The notes under the pieces were generated by a model. That model had not been told where the DNA came from, ran no database searches, and saw only the letters and a list, made by a program, of their open reading frames with translations. Below, piece after piece: positions 1 through 10,105 of a stretch of 64,000 nt of DNA. Both the position numbers and the translations under genes were made by a program. The DNA comes from Candidatus Woesebacteria bacterium (GTDB lineage Bacteria; Patescibacteriota; Microgenomatia; UBA8517), in contig CP055308.1 in the NCBI GenBank assembly GCA_013374855.1, positions 661,310-725,309 of the forward strand, read 5' to 3'. Numbering within the stretch: the stretch's first letter is position 1; every line of letters starts with the position of its first letter.

Positions 1-3000
1 CTAAAAACCAAAAACTCCTATTATCATCTTCTAATCCTTGCTAAGAATAATATTGGTTATAAGAACTTGATGAAACTAAGTTCTATTGGCCATATAGATG
101 GATTTTATTATAGGCCAAGAATTGACAAGAAAGTACTTGAGAAATACAAAGAAGGTTTGATAGTAACATCAGCTTGTATGCAGGGGGAGATTCCTTATTA
201 TTTAAAAGAAGGGGAATTTGAAAAGGCTAAAGAATCTGCAGAATGGTACTTAGATGTTTTTGGAGATGACTTTTATCTTGAAGTGCAACGACATAATTTC
301 TTGGATTTTTTAGAACTAACAAAAGATTCTGATATTAAAAATTCAATAGCGCAGTCTGCAGAAGATGAAAAGAGAGTTAATGAAGAACTTGTTAAATTAA
401 GCAGACAACTTGGAATTCCTTTGGTTGCTACAAATGATGTTCATTACCTTAATAAGAAAGATGCTTTAGCTCAGGATGTCTTGGTTTGCATAGCAACCGG
501 CAAGACTTTGGATGATAAAAAAAGATTAAGGTATATTGATACCCCCGATTTTTACTTTAAATCGTCTCAGGAGATGAGAGAAATCTTTGTAGATTTACCT
601 GAGGCTTGTGATAATACGCTTAGGATAGCAGAAAAATGCGAACTTGAAATAGAGGTAGGTAAATGGTACTTTCCTAGCTTTGCTTTGCCGGAAGGAAAAA
701 CAGCAGAAGAACAATTAAGGCAGCTTTGTAAAGAAAGGGTGAAAGAAAGAGTAGGGGAAGTTAATGAAGAAGTTCAAAAGAGATTGAATTATGAGCTTGA
801 TGTTATTTGTCAAAAGGGGTATGCGCCATACTTTTTGATAGTTGCAGATATGGTTAACTGGGCAAACAGCAAGGGGATTATAACGAATACTAGAGGTTCA
901 GCTGCAGGTTCTTTGGTGTCCTACGTTCTTGGAATAACTACGGTTAATCCGTTGACTTATATGCTACCTTTTGAAAGATTCCTTAATCCTTATCGGCCTT
1001 CACCTCCTGATATTGACTTTGATGTGGCAGATAATAGGAGAGATGAGGTTATTAATTATATAGTTGAAAAGTATGGGCGGGAAAAAGTCGCTCAAATCTG
1101 TACTTTTGGAAGGATGCTTTCGCGAGCTGCAATTCGGGATGTAGCACGAGTTTTGGGTTATCCTTATTCTGTTGGAGATAAAATAGCGAAACTTATTCCA
1201 TTTCCTAAACAAGGTTTTCCTGTAAGTATTCCAAAAGCATTGGAGGAAGTTCCTGAATTATCTGAACTTTATCAGAAAGATGATGATGCTAGAAAGATAA
1301 TAGATCTTGCTATTCAAATTGAAGGCAATGCTCGTCATGTTTCTGTTCACGCAGCAGGATTAGTAGTTGCTCCAACTGATATTTGTGATTTTACTCCTGT
1401 TCAGAAGGAACCATCTGGAGAAAATATTATTACTCAGTATGAGATGCATGCTTGTGAAGATGTTGGACTTATAAAATTTGATATTTTGGGGATTCGTAAC
1501 CTTTCTATTCTTGGTTCTGCAATAGATATTCTTAGAAAAAGTGGAATAGAAATAAATCTCAAGGAAATTCCTTTAGATGACAAAAAAACTTTTGAAATGT
1601 TGAGCCGTGGCGAGACGATGGGTGTATTTCAATTAAGCAGTGCTGGTATGACAAAATATCTTAAAGAATTGCGGCCTACAAAAGTTGAGGATTTAATGGC
1701 TATGGTGGCACTTTATAGGCCAGGACCTATTGCGGTAATTCCTGAATATATAAGAAGGAAAAGAAACCCCAAGCTGGTAAAAGTAATAGATAAAAGAGTA
1801 GAGAAATATCTGGAAGCTTCTTATGGTTTAATAGTGTATCAGGATGATTTGTTATTCTGTGCAATAGAGCTTGCTGGTTACACTTGGGAAGAGGCGGATA
1901 AATTCAGGAAAGCTGTTGGTAAAAAGATTCCTGAGGAGATGGCTGCTCAGAAAGAAAAATTCATTCAAGGGGTAATAAAAAATGGGCGTGATAAAAAATT
2001 TGCTGAAGAGCTATGGAAACTTTTTGAGCCTTTTCAGTCCTATGGATTCAATAAGGCGCACGCTGCTTCTTATGGAATGGTTGCATATATGACTGCTTAT
2101 ATGAAAGCAAATTATCCAGTTGAATATATGACAGCTTTGCTCACTGCTGAAAGCGGAGATAAGGATAAAGTTTCAGCTGCTGTTAATGAGTGCCGTAGAA
2201 TGAAAATAAAAGTTCTGCCCCCTGACGTAAACGAAAGCGGGAGCGGATTTTCTATAGTGGAAGATAAGGAATCTCTTAGTGGCAAAGCTATCCGCTTTGG
2301 CTTGAATGCTATTAAAAATGTGGGGCAGGCAGCTATTTCTGCAATTTTGGAAGAAAGGAATAGGAATGGTAAGTTTGCTGATATTTATGATTTCTTATCA
2401 AGAGTTGATAATAGGAAGGTTAATAAGAAAGTTTTAGAGAGCTTAATCAAGGCTGGGGCTATGAGTGGTTTTGGAACGAGATCGTATCTGCTTAAAAACT
2501 TAGAAGAGATAAGAGGTAAGATTTCAAAACGAATTATGGAAAAAGAAGGTCAACCCACTCTTTTTTTTGAGGATGACGAATTTTCTACTAGAAAGGTTGG
2601 TGTTTTAGGTGGTAATTTTGCTGAGCCTGCTATCGAGGAAATGGTACAAGAAGAAATAGAAGCTTTAGAGAAGGAGCTTCTTGGTTTTTCTCTTTCTTCA
2701 CGGCCACTTTCTGATATTCTCCAAGGCCTTGATAATTTAGCAACACATAAGATAAGTGAAATTCTAGATGAGACTCTTGATGTAACAGATGTAGTTTTGG
2801 CAGGGGTAATAAGAGAGGTGAAAGTAATTATAACCAAGAAAAATCTACAAGAGATGGCTTTTGTTCGTTTGGAGGATTTGAGTGGCACTGTAGAATTGGT
2901 GGTTTTTCCTAAAGTTTATGAGTCAATAAAAGATAATTTGAAAGAAGGTAAACCTTTAGTTGTCTCTGGAAAAGTTTCTCATAGGGAGGATTCTGTTTCA

Positions 3001-3261
3001 GTTCTTGTTGATTCAATTCTTTCTTCAGGAGAAAAAGATTATTTTGAAAATGAAGTTTTAATTGATATTCCGCCCAATGTAGATTTAGGGAGACTTAGAA
3101 AGCTAAAAAATTATTTGTTAAGGATACCGGGTGATAAGTCTGTCTCCTTGTTCTTTAGAGAGAAAAATGAAAAAGTAAGAGTTCCGTTTAGGATCAAGTG
3201 GGACGCGGAGGTAGCCAAACAAATCTCGGATATTATCGAAGGAAAAATTTATTTAAATTAG
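1..3261 (+). CDS. dnaE: DNA polymerase III alpha subunit (5' partial; frame open from nt 1)
   Basis: Frame 1 is open from position 1 (LKTKNSYYHLLILAKNNIGYKNLMKL...), so the gene starts upstream of the window. PHP-domain C-terminal region, polymerase core, HhH and C-terminal OB fold are all typical of DnaE. Confidence 0.9.
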   Translation, partial: LKTKNSYYHLLILAKNNIGYKNLMKLSSIGHIDGFYYRPRIDKKVLEKYKEGLIVTSACMQGEIPYYLKEGEFEKAKESAEWYLDVFGDDFYLEVQRHNFLDFLELTKDSDIKNSIAQSAEDEKRVNEELVKLSRQLGIPLVATNDVHYLNKKDALAQDVLVCIATGKTLDDKKRLRYIDTPDFYFKSSQEMREIFVDLPEACDNTLRIAEKCELEIEVGKWYFPSFALPEGKTAEEQLRQLCKERVKERVGEVNEEVQKRLNYELDVICQKGYAPYFLIVADMVNWANSKGIITNTRGSAAGSLVSYVLGITTVNPLTYMLPFERFLNPYRPSPPDIDFDVADNRRDEVINYIVEKYGREKVAQICTFGRMLSRAAIRDVARVLGYPYSVGDKIAKLIPFPKQGFPVSIPKALEEVPELSELYQKDDDARKIIDLAIQIEGNARHVSVHAAGLVVAPTDICDFTPVQKEPSGENIITQYEMHACEDVGLIKFDILGIRNLSILGSAIDILRKSGIEINLKEIPLDDKKTFEMLSRGETMGVFQLSSAGMTKYLKELRPTKVEDLMAMVALYRPGPIAVIPEYIRRKRNPKLVKVIDKRVEKYLEASYGLIVYQDDLLFCAIELAGYTWEEADKFRKAVGKKIPEEMAAQKEKFIQGVIKNGRDKKFAEELWKLFEPFQSYGFNKAHAASYGMVAYMTAYMKANYPVEYMTALLTAESGDKDKVSAAVNECRRMKIKVLPPDVNESGSGFSIVEDKESLSGKAIRFGLNAIKNVGQAAISAILEERNRNGKFADIYDFLSRVDNRKVNKKVLESLIKAGAMSGFGTRSYLLKNLEEIRGKISKRIMEKEGQPTLFFEDDEFSTRKVGVLGGNFAEPAIEEMVQEEIEALEKELLGFSLSSRPLSDILQGLDNLATHKISEILDETLDVTDVVLAGVIREVKVIITKKNLQEMAFVRLEDLSGTVELVVFPKVYESIKDNLKEGKPLVVSGKVSHREDSVSVLVDSILSSGEKDYFENEVLIDIPPNVDLGRLRKLKNYLLRIPGDKSVSLFFREKNEKVRVPFRIKWDAEVAKQISDIIEGKIYLN

Positions 3262-3317
3262 ATAATTGCTAATTTTTTTGAATTGTCTTAAAATAAGCTC
3301 TATTGTTAAATTTAACT

Positions 3318-3674
3318 ATGGCTATAAAAGTAAAAATTAAAGATACTGAATTTGGAGTTGGTGATAAAATTCGTGTTATTCAGAAAATTAAAGAAGCAAA
3401 AAGAGAGAGAAACCAGTCCTTTGAGGGTGTTGTGATTGCAATTAGAGGAAAAGGTAGTGGAAAAAGCTTTGTTGTTAGAAGAATAGGGGCAAATAATATT
3501 GGTATAGAAAAAATATTCCCTGTTGCATCTCCACTAATAGTTGGTGTTGAAGTGATTAAAATGGGCACAAGAGGTGTTAGAAAATCAAAGCTCTACTATT
3601 TGAGGAAAAAACCCTCAAGGTCAATAGGCACTATCTACCAGAAAGCTTCCAAAAGAGAAGGAAAGAGTAAGTAG
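3318..3674 (+). CDS. rplS: 50S ribosomal protein L19
   Basis: MAIKVKIKDTEFGVGDKIRV...KLYYLR shows the L19 signature. Start set at the internal ATG at 3318. Confidence 0.9.
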   Translation: MAIKVKIKDTEFGVGDKIRVIQKIKEAKRERNQSFEGVVIAIRGKGSGKSFVVRRIGANNIGIEKIFPVASPLIVGVEVIKMGTRGVRKSKLYYLRKKPSRSIGTIYQKASKREGKSK

Positions 3675-4033
3675 TGATAGGATTAAGTAAAAGAAAAACA
3701 GGTTTACAGGGAGAGAATTTGGCCGCTGCTTATTTGGAGAGTATTGGTTATAAAATATTAGTTAGAAATTATAGAAATCGCTTTGGTGAAATTGACATTA
3801 TTGCCCTTGATAAGGGAGTCCTTGTGTTTGTGGAAGTTAAGTTTAGGAACAATCGTAGGTTTGGATTACCAGAAGATGCTGTGAACAAAAAGAAAATTGA
3901 AAAGATTAAGAAAGTGGGTTATCTATTTTGGCGCACTGAATTTCCAGATATAAGTAAGTTAAGAGTGGATGTTGTTTCAATATTAAGGGAAGATTCATCT
4001 CTTTCAGTAAAGATTACTAAAAATGTTTACTAG
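3674..4033 (+). CDS. YraN/UPF0102 family endonuclease
   Basis: GEIDIIA...VFVEVK motif of the YraN family. GTG start overlaps the rplS stop by 1 nt. Confidence 0.65.
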   Translation: MIGLSKRKTGLQGENLAAAYLESIGYKILVRNYRNRFGEIDIIALDKGVLVFVEVKFRNNRRFGLPEDAVNKKKIEKIKKVGYLFWRTEFPDISKLRVDVVSILREDSSLSVKITKNVY

Positions 4034-4045
4034 AAAAATTGGGTC

Positions 4046-4765
4046 TTGCTATTTCTAGAATGTGGTTTTATATTTATTTTTATGAAAGAAAAAGTTGTTA
4101 AAAAATCGAGCAAGAGAATATTAAAGAAAAAGATAGAGGAAGTAGAAGGGATAAGCTTAAAAAAAGTAAAAAAGTTTAACAAAAAATTGGCTGTTTTTGT
4201 ATTCTTTACACTTTTTGTTCTTGTTCTAGGGTTTCTGGCTTACCTTAATGCGGGGCTTTTCTTAGTGGCTTTGGTTAATAACAAGCCCGTTTGGAGAACA
4301 GAACTAATCAAACAATTGGAAAAACAAGGAGGAAAGCAAGTGACTGATATGCTTGTTAACAAGTTGTTAATATATCAGGAAGCTAGCAAAAAGGGGGTTT
4401 CTGTGTCGGAACAAGATGTTGAGGCCGAGTATAAAAAATTGGAGGATCAATTTAAATCTCAAGGAACCAGTCTTCAGGACGTAATGGCGCTTCAAGGACT
4501 GAAAGAGAGCGACCTTAAGGAAGAATTAGAGTTCAGTTTATTGTTGAAAAAGCTTTTGGCAGATAAAGTCGCTGTTTCAGATGACGAAGCAAAGGATTAT
4601 TTTAACAAAAATAAAGAAATGTTTGAAAAGGGTAAAACTTTTGATGAATTAAAGGAACAAATCAAGAGTTTCTTGTCAAATCAGAAAATGTCTCAATCTT
4701 ATCAATCGTTTCTCGAAGAGTTAAAATCTTCTTCCAAGATAAGATACTTTGTTAATTTTAACTAA
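4046..4765 (+). CDS. membrane-anchored SurA N-terminal-domain chaperone-like protein (no PPIase domain)
   Basis: N-terminal TM helix followed by SurA_N-like helical region (LVNKLLIYQEA, EAEYKK). Start may be the internal M (MKEKVV). Confidence 0.45.
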   Translation: MLFLECGFIFIFMKEKVVKKSSKRILKKKIEEVEGISLKKVKKFNKKLAVFVFFTLFVLVLGFLAYLNAGLFLVALVNNKPVWRTELIKQLEKQGGKQVTDMLVNKLLIYQEASKKGVSVSEQDVEAEYKKLEDQFKSQGTSLQDVMALQGLKESDLKEELEFSLLLKKLLADKVAVSDDEAKDYFNKNKEMFEKGKTFDELKEQIKSFLSNQKMSQSYQSFLEELKSSSKIRYFVNFN

Positions 4766-4797
4766 TTGAGTGCTTCTTTCTCTGATATAATAGACTT

Positions 4798-5307
4798 ATG
4801 CTAATAATGGGCATTGATCCTGGTACTGCAACTACTGGATATGGATTAATAAGGAAGGATAATGAAAAAATAGAAGCTTTAAGTTGGGGTCTAGTGGAAA
4901 CGAGTAAAGAGCTTTCCCTTGGAAAAAGGTTTATAGATATTTTTTCCAATATTTCGGATTTGATCAGGAAGTATAAACCTCATGTTGTAGCTATGGAGAA
5001 AGTTTTTTTTGCTTCAAATGCAAAAACAGCTATTTCTATAGGCCAATCACAAGGTGTAATGCTTTATTGTTTTGCCAAAAATAAGATTGATGTTTATGAA
5101 TACTCTCCTGCTCATATAAAGAAAACTATTACAGGTTTGGGGCGAGCTTCTAAGAAGGATGTACAGAGATCGTTGAGATCCTTTTTTGGATCTAAAATTA
5201 GAAGTCCCAAAAATGGCAAAACTCATTTTGATGATGCTGCTGATGCTCTTGCGGTAGCATTATGCCATGCTATTAGGTTAGGTAATGATGAGAAAGGGGG
5301 TGAATAA
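4798..5307 (+). CDS. ruvC: Holliday junction resolvase RuvC
   Basis: MGIDPGTATTGYGLI N-terminus plus conserved acidic catalytic residues, with RNase H-like fold spacing. Confidence 0.85.
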   Translation: MLIMGIDPGTATTGYGLIRKDNEKIEALSWGLVETSKELSLGKRFIDIFSNISDLIRKYKPHVVAMEKVFFASNAKTAISIGQSQGVMLYCFAKNKIDVYEYSPAHIKKTITGLGRASKKDVQRSLRSFFGSKIRSPKNGKTHFDDAADALAVALCHAIRLGNDEKGGE

Positions 5308-5310
5308 TAA

Positions 5311-5556
5311 ATGTTTAAGGTGGGAAAGGTTACTCATTATTATGATAAGATAGGTGTTGCTGTTGTTGAGCTTATAGCTGATCTTTCAGTTGGTGAAAGA
5401 ATCAGGTTTTCAAGAGGTGGAGAGGATCTTTTTGAACAAGTTGTTGAATCAATGCAGGTGGAACACAATAAAATTCAATCTGCAAAAAAGGGCGATATAG
5501 TTGGATTGAAGGTTGATAAACCGGTTAGGGAAGGAACAGAAATATTTAAAGTTTAA
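5311..5556 (+). CDS. hypothetical small protein (EF-Tu domain-2-like beta-barrel)
   Basis: 81 aa (KGDIVGLKV...EGTEIFK) resembling translation-factor domain II. No function assignable. Confidence 0.35.
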   Translation: MFKVGKVTHYYDKIGVAVVELIADLSVGERIRFSRGGEDLFEQVVESMQVEHNKIQSAKKGDIVGLKVDKPVREGTEIFKV

Positions 5557-5582
5557 GTTTAACTTAAAATTTTAGTTTTGCT

Positions 5583-5987
5583 TTGAACTATAGTGATATG
5601 GCAAAGGATGTTGTCTGGGTTAATGCTCAGGATGTAAGGAATAAAGCAGAATCTCTTGTTAAAGAAGGAAATTTTTTGTGGTTGGACACTGAAAGGATTT
5701 TTTTTGTTCGATCATATGGAGCAAGAACAAGAGCTTCAGCACGAATTTGGGGTTTGCCAAGAATATGGCAGACGGTTCTTAATATTAAACCTTATTATAT
5801 TATAGAAGTAGTGGGTGAGAGATATGATAAACTTTCCGACTCTAAAAAAAATGATGTTCTGATTCATGAATTTGCTCATATACCTCGCAATTTTTCGGGA
5901 GCTTTAGTACCTCATTTTAAGAGAGGGAGAAGGAAGTTTAGTGACATAGTTGAAGTTTTAAAATCGAGATGTTTTAAAAGGCGATGA
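5583..5987 (+). CDS. HExxH-motif putative metallopeptidase (DUF45/SprT-like)
   Basis: HEFAH motif in a ~130 aa protein; overlaps the next gene by 4 nt. Confidence 0.35.
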   Translation: MNYSDMAKDVVWVNAQDVRNKAESLVKEGNFLWLDTERIFFVRSYGARTRASARIWGLPRIWQTVLNIKPYYIIEVVGERYDKLSDSKKNDVLIHEFAHIPRNFSGALVPHFKRGRRKFSDIVEVLKSRCFKRR

Positions 5988-6658
5988 ATTTAATAATCCT
6001 TCATGGTGAAAATGAAGTTTCTGCTAGAGAAAGGCTTTTTTCATTTGTTTCTGAAGCCAAAAGAAGAGGTTGGGCTGTAGAGAAAATTAAAGAGGGGGAA
6101 TCTGTTTCTGAAAAGCTCAGCCTTGTTAATCTTTATTTTTTGAAAACGCTTTTTGTAGTTGAGAATTATCGTTTAATGAAAAAGAAAGATTTTATTTTCT
6201 TGAATAAGTTTTTTGAAAAAAGTGACAAAGTGCTAGTTATTTGTGGTTTTGGTGAAAACATACCTCAGTCTGTTTTAGAAAAGTTTCCAAAATCTGCAAA
6301 GATAGAAATCTTTAATTATCCAAAGGTTGTATTTGATTTTCTAGACAATATTTTACCGGGCAATTTTGAAAAAGTTTTAAGACTTTTGCATGAAGTATTG
6401 AAAAGAAACCCACCAGAACTTGTCTTTCACCTCTTCTTTACAAGGGTTTGGGATCTTTATTGGGTAAAGACTGATCCATCTACTATTCCTTATTATTCCA
6501 AGCGTGTTTACTATTTGGAAAAACAAGCTTCACGCTTTACTCAAGGGGAGCTTAAAGAAATTTTGGATTGTTTGGCAGATATTGATATTGAAGCAAAAAT
6601 GTCAACTCTTGGTATTGATTATTATCTTGACCTTTTGATATTTAAGTATCTACAATGA
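5984..6658 (+). CDS. holA: DNA polymerase III delta subunit-like protein
   Basis: N-terminal IILHGENE resembles the delta subunit IYLLYGEE. Short (224 aa), as in reduced genomes. Confidence 0.4.
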   Translation: MNLIILHGENEVSARERLFSFVSEAKRRGWAVEKIKEGESVSEKLSLVNLYFLKTLFVVENYRLMKKKDFIFLNKFFEKSDKVLVICGFGENIPQSVLEKFPKSAKIEIFNYPKVVFDFLDNILPGNFEKVLRLLHEVLKRNPPELVFHLFFTRVWDLYWVKTDPSTIPYYSKRVYYLEKQASRFTQGELKEILDCLADIDIEAKMSTLGIDYYLDLLIFKYLQ

Positions 6659-6704
6659 TTTCAGCTATAAAAATATATTAGATCGCTGATGTGATTCAAA
6701 AGAA

Positions 6705-7781
6705 ATGGTAAATATTGACGACGTCGAAAAAATAAAAATTTTTGGAGGAGAAAATGGGGTATATCTTTCTATTTTATCCGTAGCTGACCAGATAGAGCAA
6801 AGTTTTTCTGAAATTTATTCTTTGGAAATACCCAAGAAATTTTTTGCAGCTAAAAACATAGTTATATCAGGAATGGGAGGGTCAGCTTTGGGAGGAAGGG
6901 TAGTTGATTCAATAATTCCACAAAGGGTAAGGGTGCCTGTCGAGGTATTTACTGAGTTCTATATTCCCAATTATGTCAATAAGGAAACTTTGGTTATTGT
7001 TTCTTCTTATTCAGGTTCCACAGCAGAAACTATAAATGATGCATATGAGGCTATCAAAAGAGATGCTTTAGTTTTTGTAATAACAACTGGGGGCAAACTT
7101 GCTCAGATAGCCGAAAAGGAAAAGGTGCCAGCTTTTATTTTTGAACCCAGATTTAATCCGTCCGGACAACCTCGCTATGCTTTGGGCTATTCGATAGCTT
7201 CTCTTTTGGCACTACTTTCAAGATGCGAATACATAAGTCTTTCAAGGGAAGAACAAAAAGGATTGGTTTCTTTTGTAAAAGAGAAGACTTCACAGCTTGT
7301 GGCCGAAGTTGACTCTTCCATTAACCTTTCAAAGAGATTTGCACTTGAGCTACTTGGAAAAGTTCCTGTTTTAGTAACCAGCGAGCACTTAATTGGAAGT
7401 ACACATTCTTTTAAAAATCTTCTTAATGAGACAGCTAAAACTTTTGCAGTTTTATTTGATATTCCAGAACTTAATCACCATCTTATGGAAGGATTGAAAA
7501 ACCCTGTTCGGATAAGAGATTTTTTTAAGTTTGTATTCTTTGAGTCAAAACTCTTTTCTAAGGAAGTTTACAAGAGATATCCTTTGACAAAAGAAGTTGT
7601 TTCCAAAAATGGTTTTCCTCTTCTGACTTATTCAGCTTTAGGAGAGAATAGATTATTACAAGCTTTTGAGGTGGTTGTTTTTTCTTATTTTGTTTCTTAT
7701 TACCTTTCTTTTTTGTATCAAGAAGATCCTGCGAAAATTCCTTGGGTTGATTATTTTAAAGAGAAACTAAAAGAAGTCTAA
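6705..7781 (+). CDS. bifunctional phosphoglucose/phosphomannose isomerase (SIS domain; archaeal-type PGI/PMI)
   Basis: SIS motif ISGMGGSALGGRVV...VIVSSYSGSTAET. Confidence 0.7.
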   Translation: MVNIDDVEKIKIFGGENGVYLSILSVADQIEQSFSEIYSLEIPKKFFAAKNIVISGMGGSALGGRVVDSIIPQRVRVPVEVFTEFYIPNYVNKETLVIVSSYSGSTAETINDAYEAIKRDALVFVITTGGKLAQIAEKEKVPAFIFEPRFNPSGQPRYALGYSIASLLALLSRCEYISLSREEQKGLVSFVKEKTSQLVAEVDSSINLSKRFALELLGKVPVLVTSEHLIGSTHSFKNLLNETAKTFAVLFDIPELNHHLMEGLKNPVRIRDFFKFVFFESKLFSKEVYKRYPLTKEVVSKNGFPLLTYSALGENRLLQAFEVVVFSYFVSYYLSFLYQEDPAKIPWVDYFKEKLKEV

Positions 7782-7833
7782 ACTGCTTCTTGTTTTAAAT
7801 TGTATCTTTTATCTATAATGAAAAATTAGATAT

Positions 7834-10095
7834 ATGTCTGCCCAAAAATTAACAGTTTTCTTTAAAGATTTGGATAAGAATGATGTACCTATAGTTGGTG
7901 GGAAGGGCGCCAACTTAGGAGAGATGACAAAAATAGGGCTTCCGATCCCAGATGGTTTTGCTATTACAATTTTAGCTTACGATCTTTTTCTTAAAGAGAA
8001 TAATTTGGGCAAGACTATTTATGACATTTTAGACAGCGTAGACGTTGACAATCCTGTTCAATTAGAGGAGGCTTCTAAAACGATACAAAAAATAATTAGA
8101 TCATCATCAATACCGAATGTTGTCGTCAAGGAAATTGTAAAGTCTTACACAAAAATCTCTGGTATTTTTAGAAAACCATATGTAGCTGTTCGATCATCAG
8201 CTACTGCAGAGGATATGCCTTCAACTTCATTTGCTGGTCAACAAGCTACTTTTCTCAATATTAAAGGTGAAAATAATCTTTTGAATGCGGTTAGAGATTG
8301 TTGGGCTTCTCTTTTTACCGCACGTTCTATTTTTTATCGAGTCCAGAATAGAATACCTCATAGAAAAGTAAAAATTTCTGTAATTGTTCAAAAGATGATT
8401 CAATCAGAGTCTTCTGGAGTTATTTTTACAATTGACCCGGTCAGTGGAGAAAAAGATAGAATTATTATAGAAGCTGTATGGGGGTTGGGTGAAATGATTG
8501 TTCAAGGGGCAGTTGTTCCTGATCGTTATGTGGTACAAAAGGATACTTTTGATATTCTTTCAAAAGAGATTTCCGAACAAAAGATTCAACTTACCAAGAA
8601 AGGAGAAATAACTAAAGAAACTTTAGTTCCCAAAAGTAGAATAGGGATACCTAAACTATCAGATGGTGAGGTGAAGAGATTGGCAGAAATGGCGCAAAAA
8701 CTTCAGAATCATTACTTCTTTCCACAAGATATTGAATGGGCGAAAGAAAAAGGAAAACTTTATATCACTCAAACAAGGCCTATTACTACATTAGGTAAAG
8801 AAGTTAGTAAGGATAAGAAAATGTCGATTGACCTTCCTGTTTTACTTCAGGGCAAACCCGCAAGCCCTGGTATAGGCAGTGGTGAGGTTAAATTAGTAAA
8901 AAGTCCGAAAGAAATAGCCAAAGTGAAAGATGGTGATGTTTTGGTTGCGGTTATGACCTCACCTGACTTCGTTCCGGCCATGAAGAGAGCATCAGCTATA
9001 ATTACAGATGAGGGCGGAATGACTTCACATGCCGCTATTGTTTCAAGGGAACTAGGTGTTCCTTGTGTAGTGGGGACTAAGAAAGCTACTGTTTTACTAA
9101 GAGATGGCAATTTAGTAACAGTGGATGGAGTTTCCGGAGTTGTGTATAAAGGTACTCTGGAGAGAAAACAAAAAGTTTTATCTGAGAAAAAAGAAATTAT
9201 TTATAAAAAGAGAGCTACAGCAACAAAGCTTTATGTTAATTTAGCTGAGCCTTTTATGGCAAAAAGGATTGCGAAGATGGATGTCGATGGTGTTGGTTTG
9301 CTAAGAGCCGAATTTATGATGGCAGATTTGGGGATTCATCCTAAAGAAGCAATAAAAAGGAAAGTGCAATTAGATTATGTGGACAAATTAGCAAAAGGAA
9401 TAGAAACTTTTTGTAAAGCTTTCTATCCAAGGCCTGTTGTATATAGAGCTACTGATTTTAAGACTAATGAGTACAGAGTTTTAGAAGGGGGTAGTCATTG
9501 GGAACCAATTGAAGCAAATCCACTGCTTGGTTTTCGGGGAGCTTTGCGTTATATTACAGATCAGGAGGTATTTAGTTTAGAGCTTCGTGCGATTAAAAAA
9601 GTTATATCGTCTTACAACAATTTGAGGATAATGATCCCTTTTGTGAGATCTCCTCAGGAACTTTTAAAAGTTAGAAAAATAGTTGCTTCGGAAGGACTCT
9701 TTAAGTTTGCCAGTTTTAAATTTTGGATGATGGTGGAACTTCCTATTAATGTTATTCAGCTTGATGATTTCATAAAAGTTGGTATAGACGGTGTCTCTAT
9801 TGGTTCAAACGACTTGACCATGCTTTTGACAGGCACAGATAGAGATAATGCAAACATTGCCACATCTTTTGACGAGCGCTCACCTGCTGTTCTTTGGGCG
9901 ATAAGAAAGACGATAAAAACCTGTCACAAAAAAGGCATTACTTCCTCGATTTGCGGTCAAGCGCCCTCCGTCTATGATGATTATGTGTTTAATTTGGTTA
10001 AATGGGGAATTACTAGTATTTCTGTTAATCCTGACGCTGTTTTGAGAGTAAGAGAGTCTATATATCAGGCTGAGAAGGAACTACTTAAGCATTGA
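7834..10095 (+). CDS. ppsA: phosphoenolpyruvate synthase / PEP-utilizing enzyme
   Basis: N-terminal PPDK_N (IVGGKGANLGEM), mobile phospho-His domain (GGMTSHAAIVSRELGVPCVVG) and C-terminal PEP-utilizing TIM barrel. Confidence 0.8.
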   Translation: MSAQKLTVFFKDLDKNDVPIVGGKGANLGEMTKIGLPIPDGFAITILAYDLFLKENNLGKTIYDILDSVDVDNPVQLEEASKTIQKIIRSSSIPNVVVKEIVKSYTKISGIFRKPYVAVRSSATAEDMPSTSFAGQQATFLNIKGENNLLNAVRDCWASLFTARSIFYRVQNRIPHRKVKISVIVQKMIQSESSGVIFTIDPVSGEKDRIIIEAVWGLGEMIVQGAVVPDRYVVQKDTFDILSKEISEQKIQLTKKGEITKETLVPKSRIGIPKLSDGEVKRLAEMAQKLQNHYFFPQDIEWAKEKGKLYITQTRPITTLGKEVSKDKKMSIDLPVLLQGKPASPGIGSGEVKLVKSPKEIAKVKDGDVLVAVMTSPDFVPAMKRASAIITDEGGMTSHAAIVSRELGVPCVVGTKKATVLLRDGNLVTVDGVSGVVYKGTLERKQKVLSEKKEIIYKKRATATKLYVNLAEPFMAKRIAKMDVDGVGLLRAEFMMADLGIHPKEAIKRKVQLDYVDKLAKGIETFCKAFYPRPVVYRATDFKTNEYRVLEGGSHWEPIEANPLLGFRGALRYITDQEVFSLELRAIKKVISSYNNLRIMIPFVRSPQELLKVRKIVASEGLFKFASFKFWMMVELPINVIQLDDFIKVGIDGVSIGSNDLTMLLTGTDRDNANIATSFDERSPAVLWAIRKTIKTCHKKGITSSICGQAPSVYDDYVFNLVKWGITSISVNPDAVLRVRESIYQAEKELLKH

Positions 10096-10105
10096 TTTTT
10101 CCACT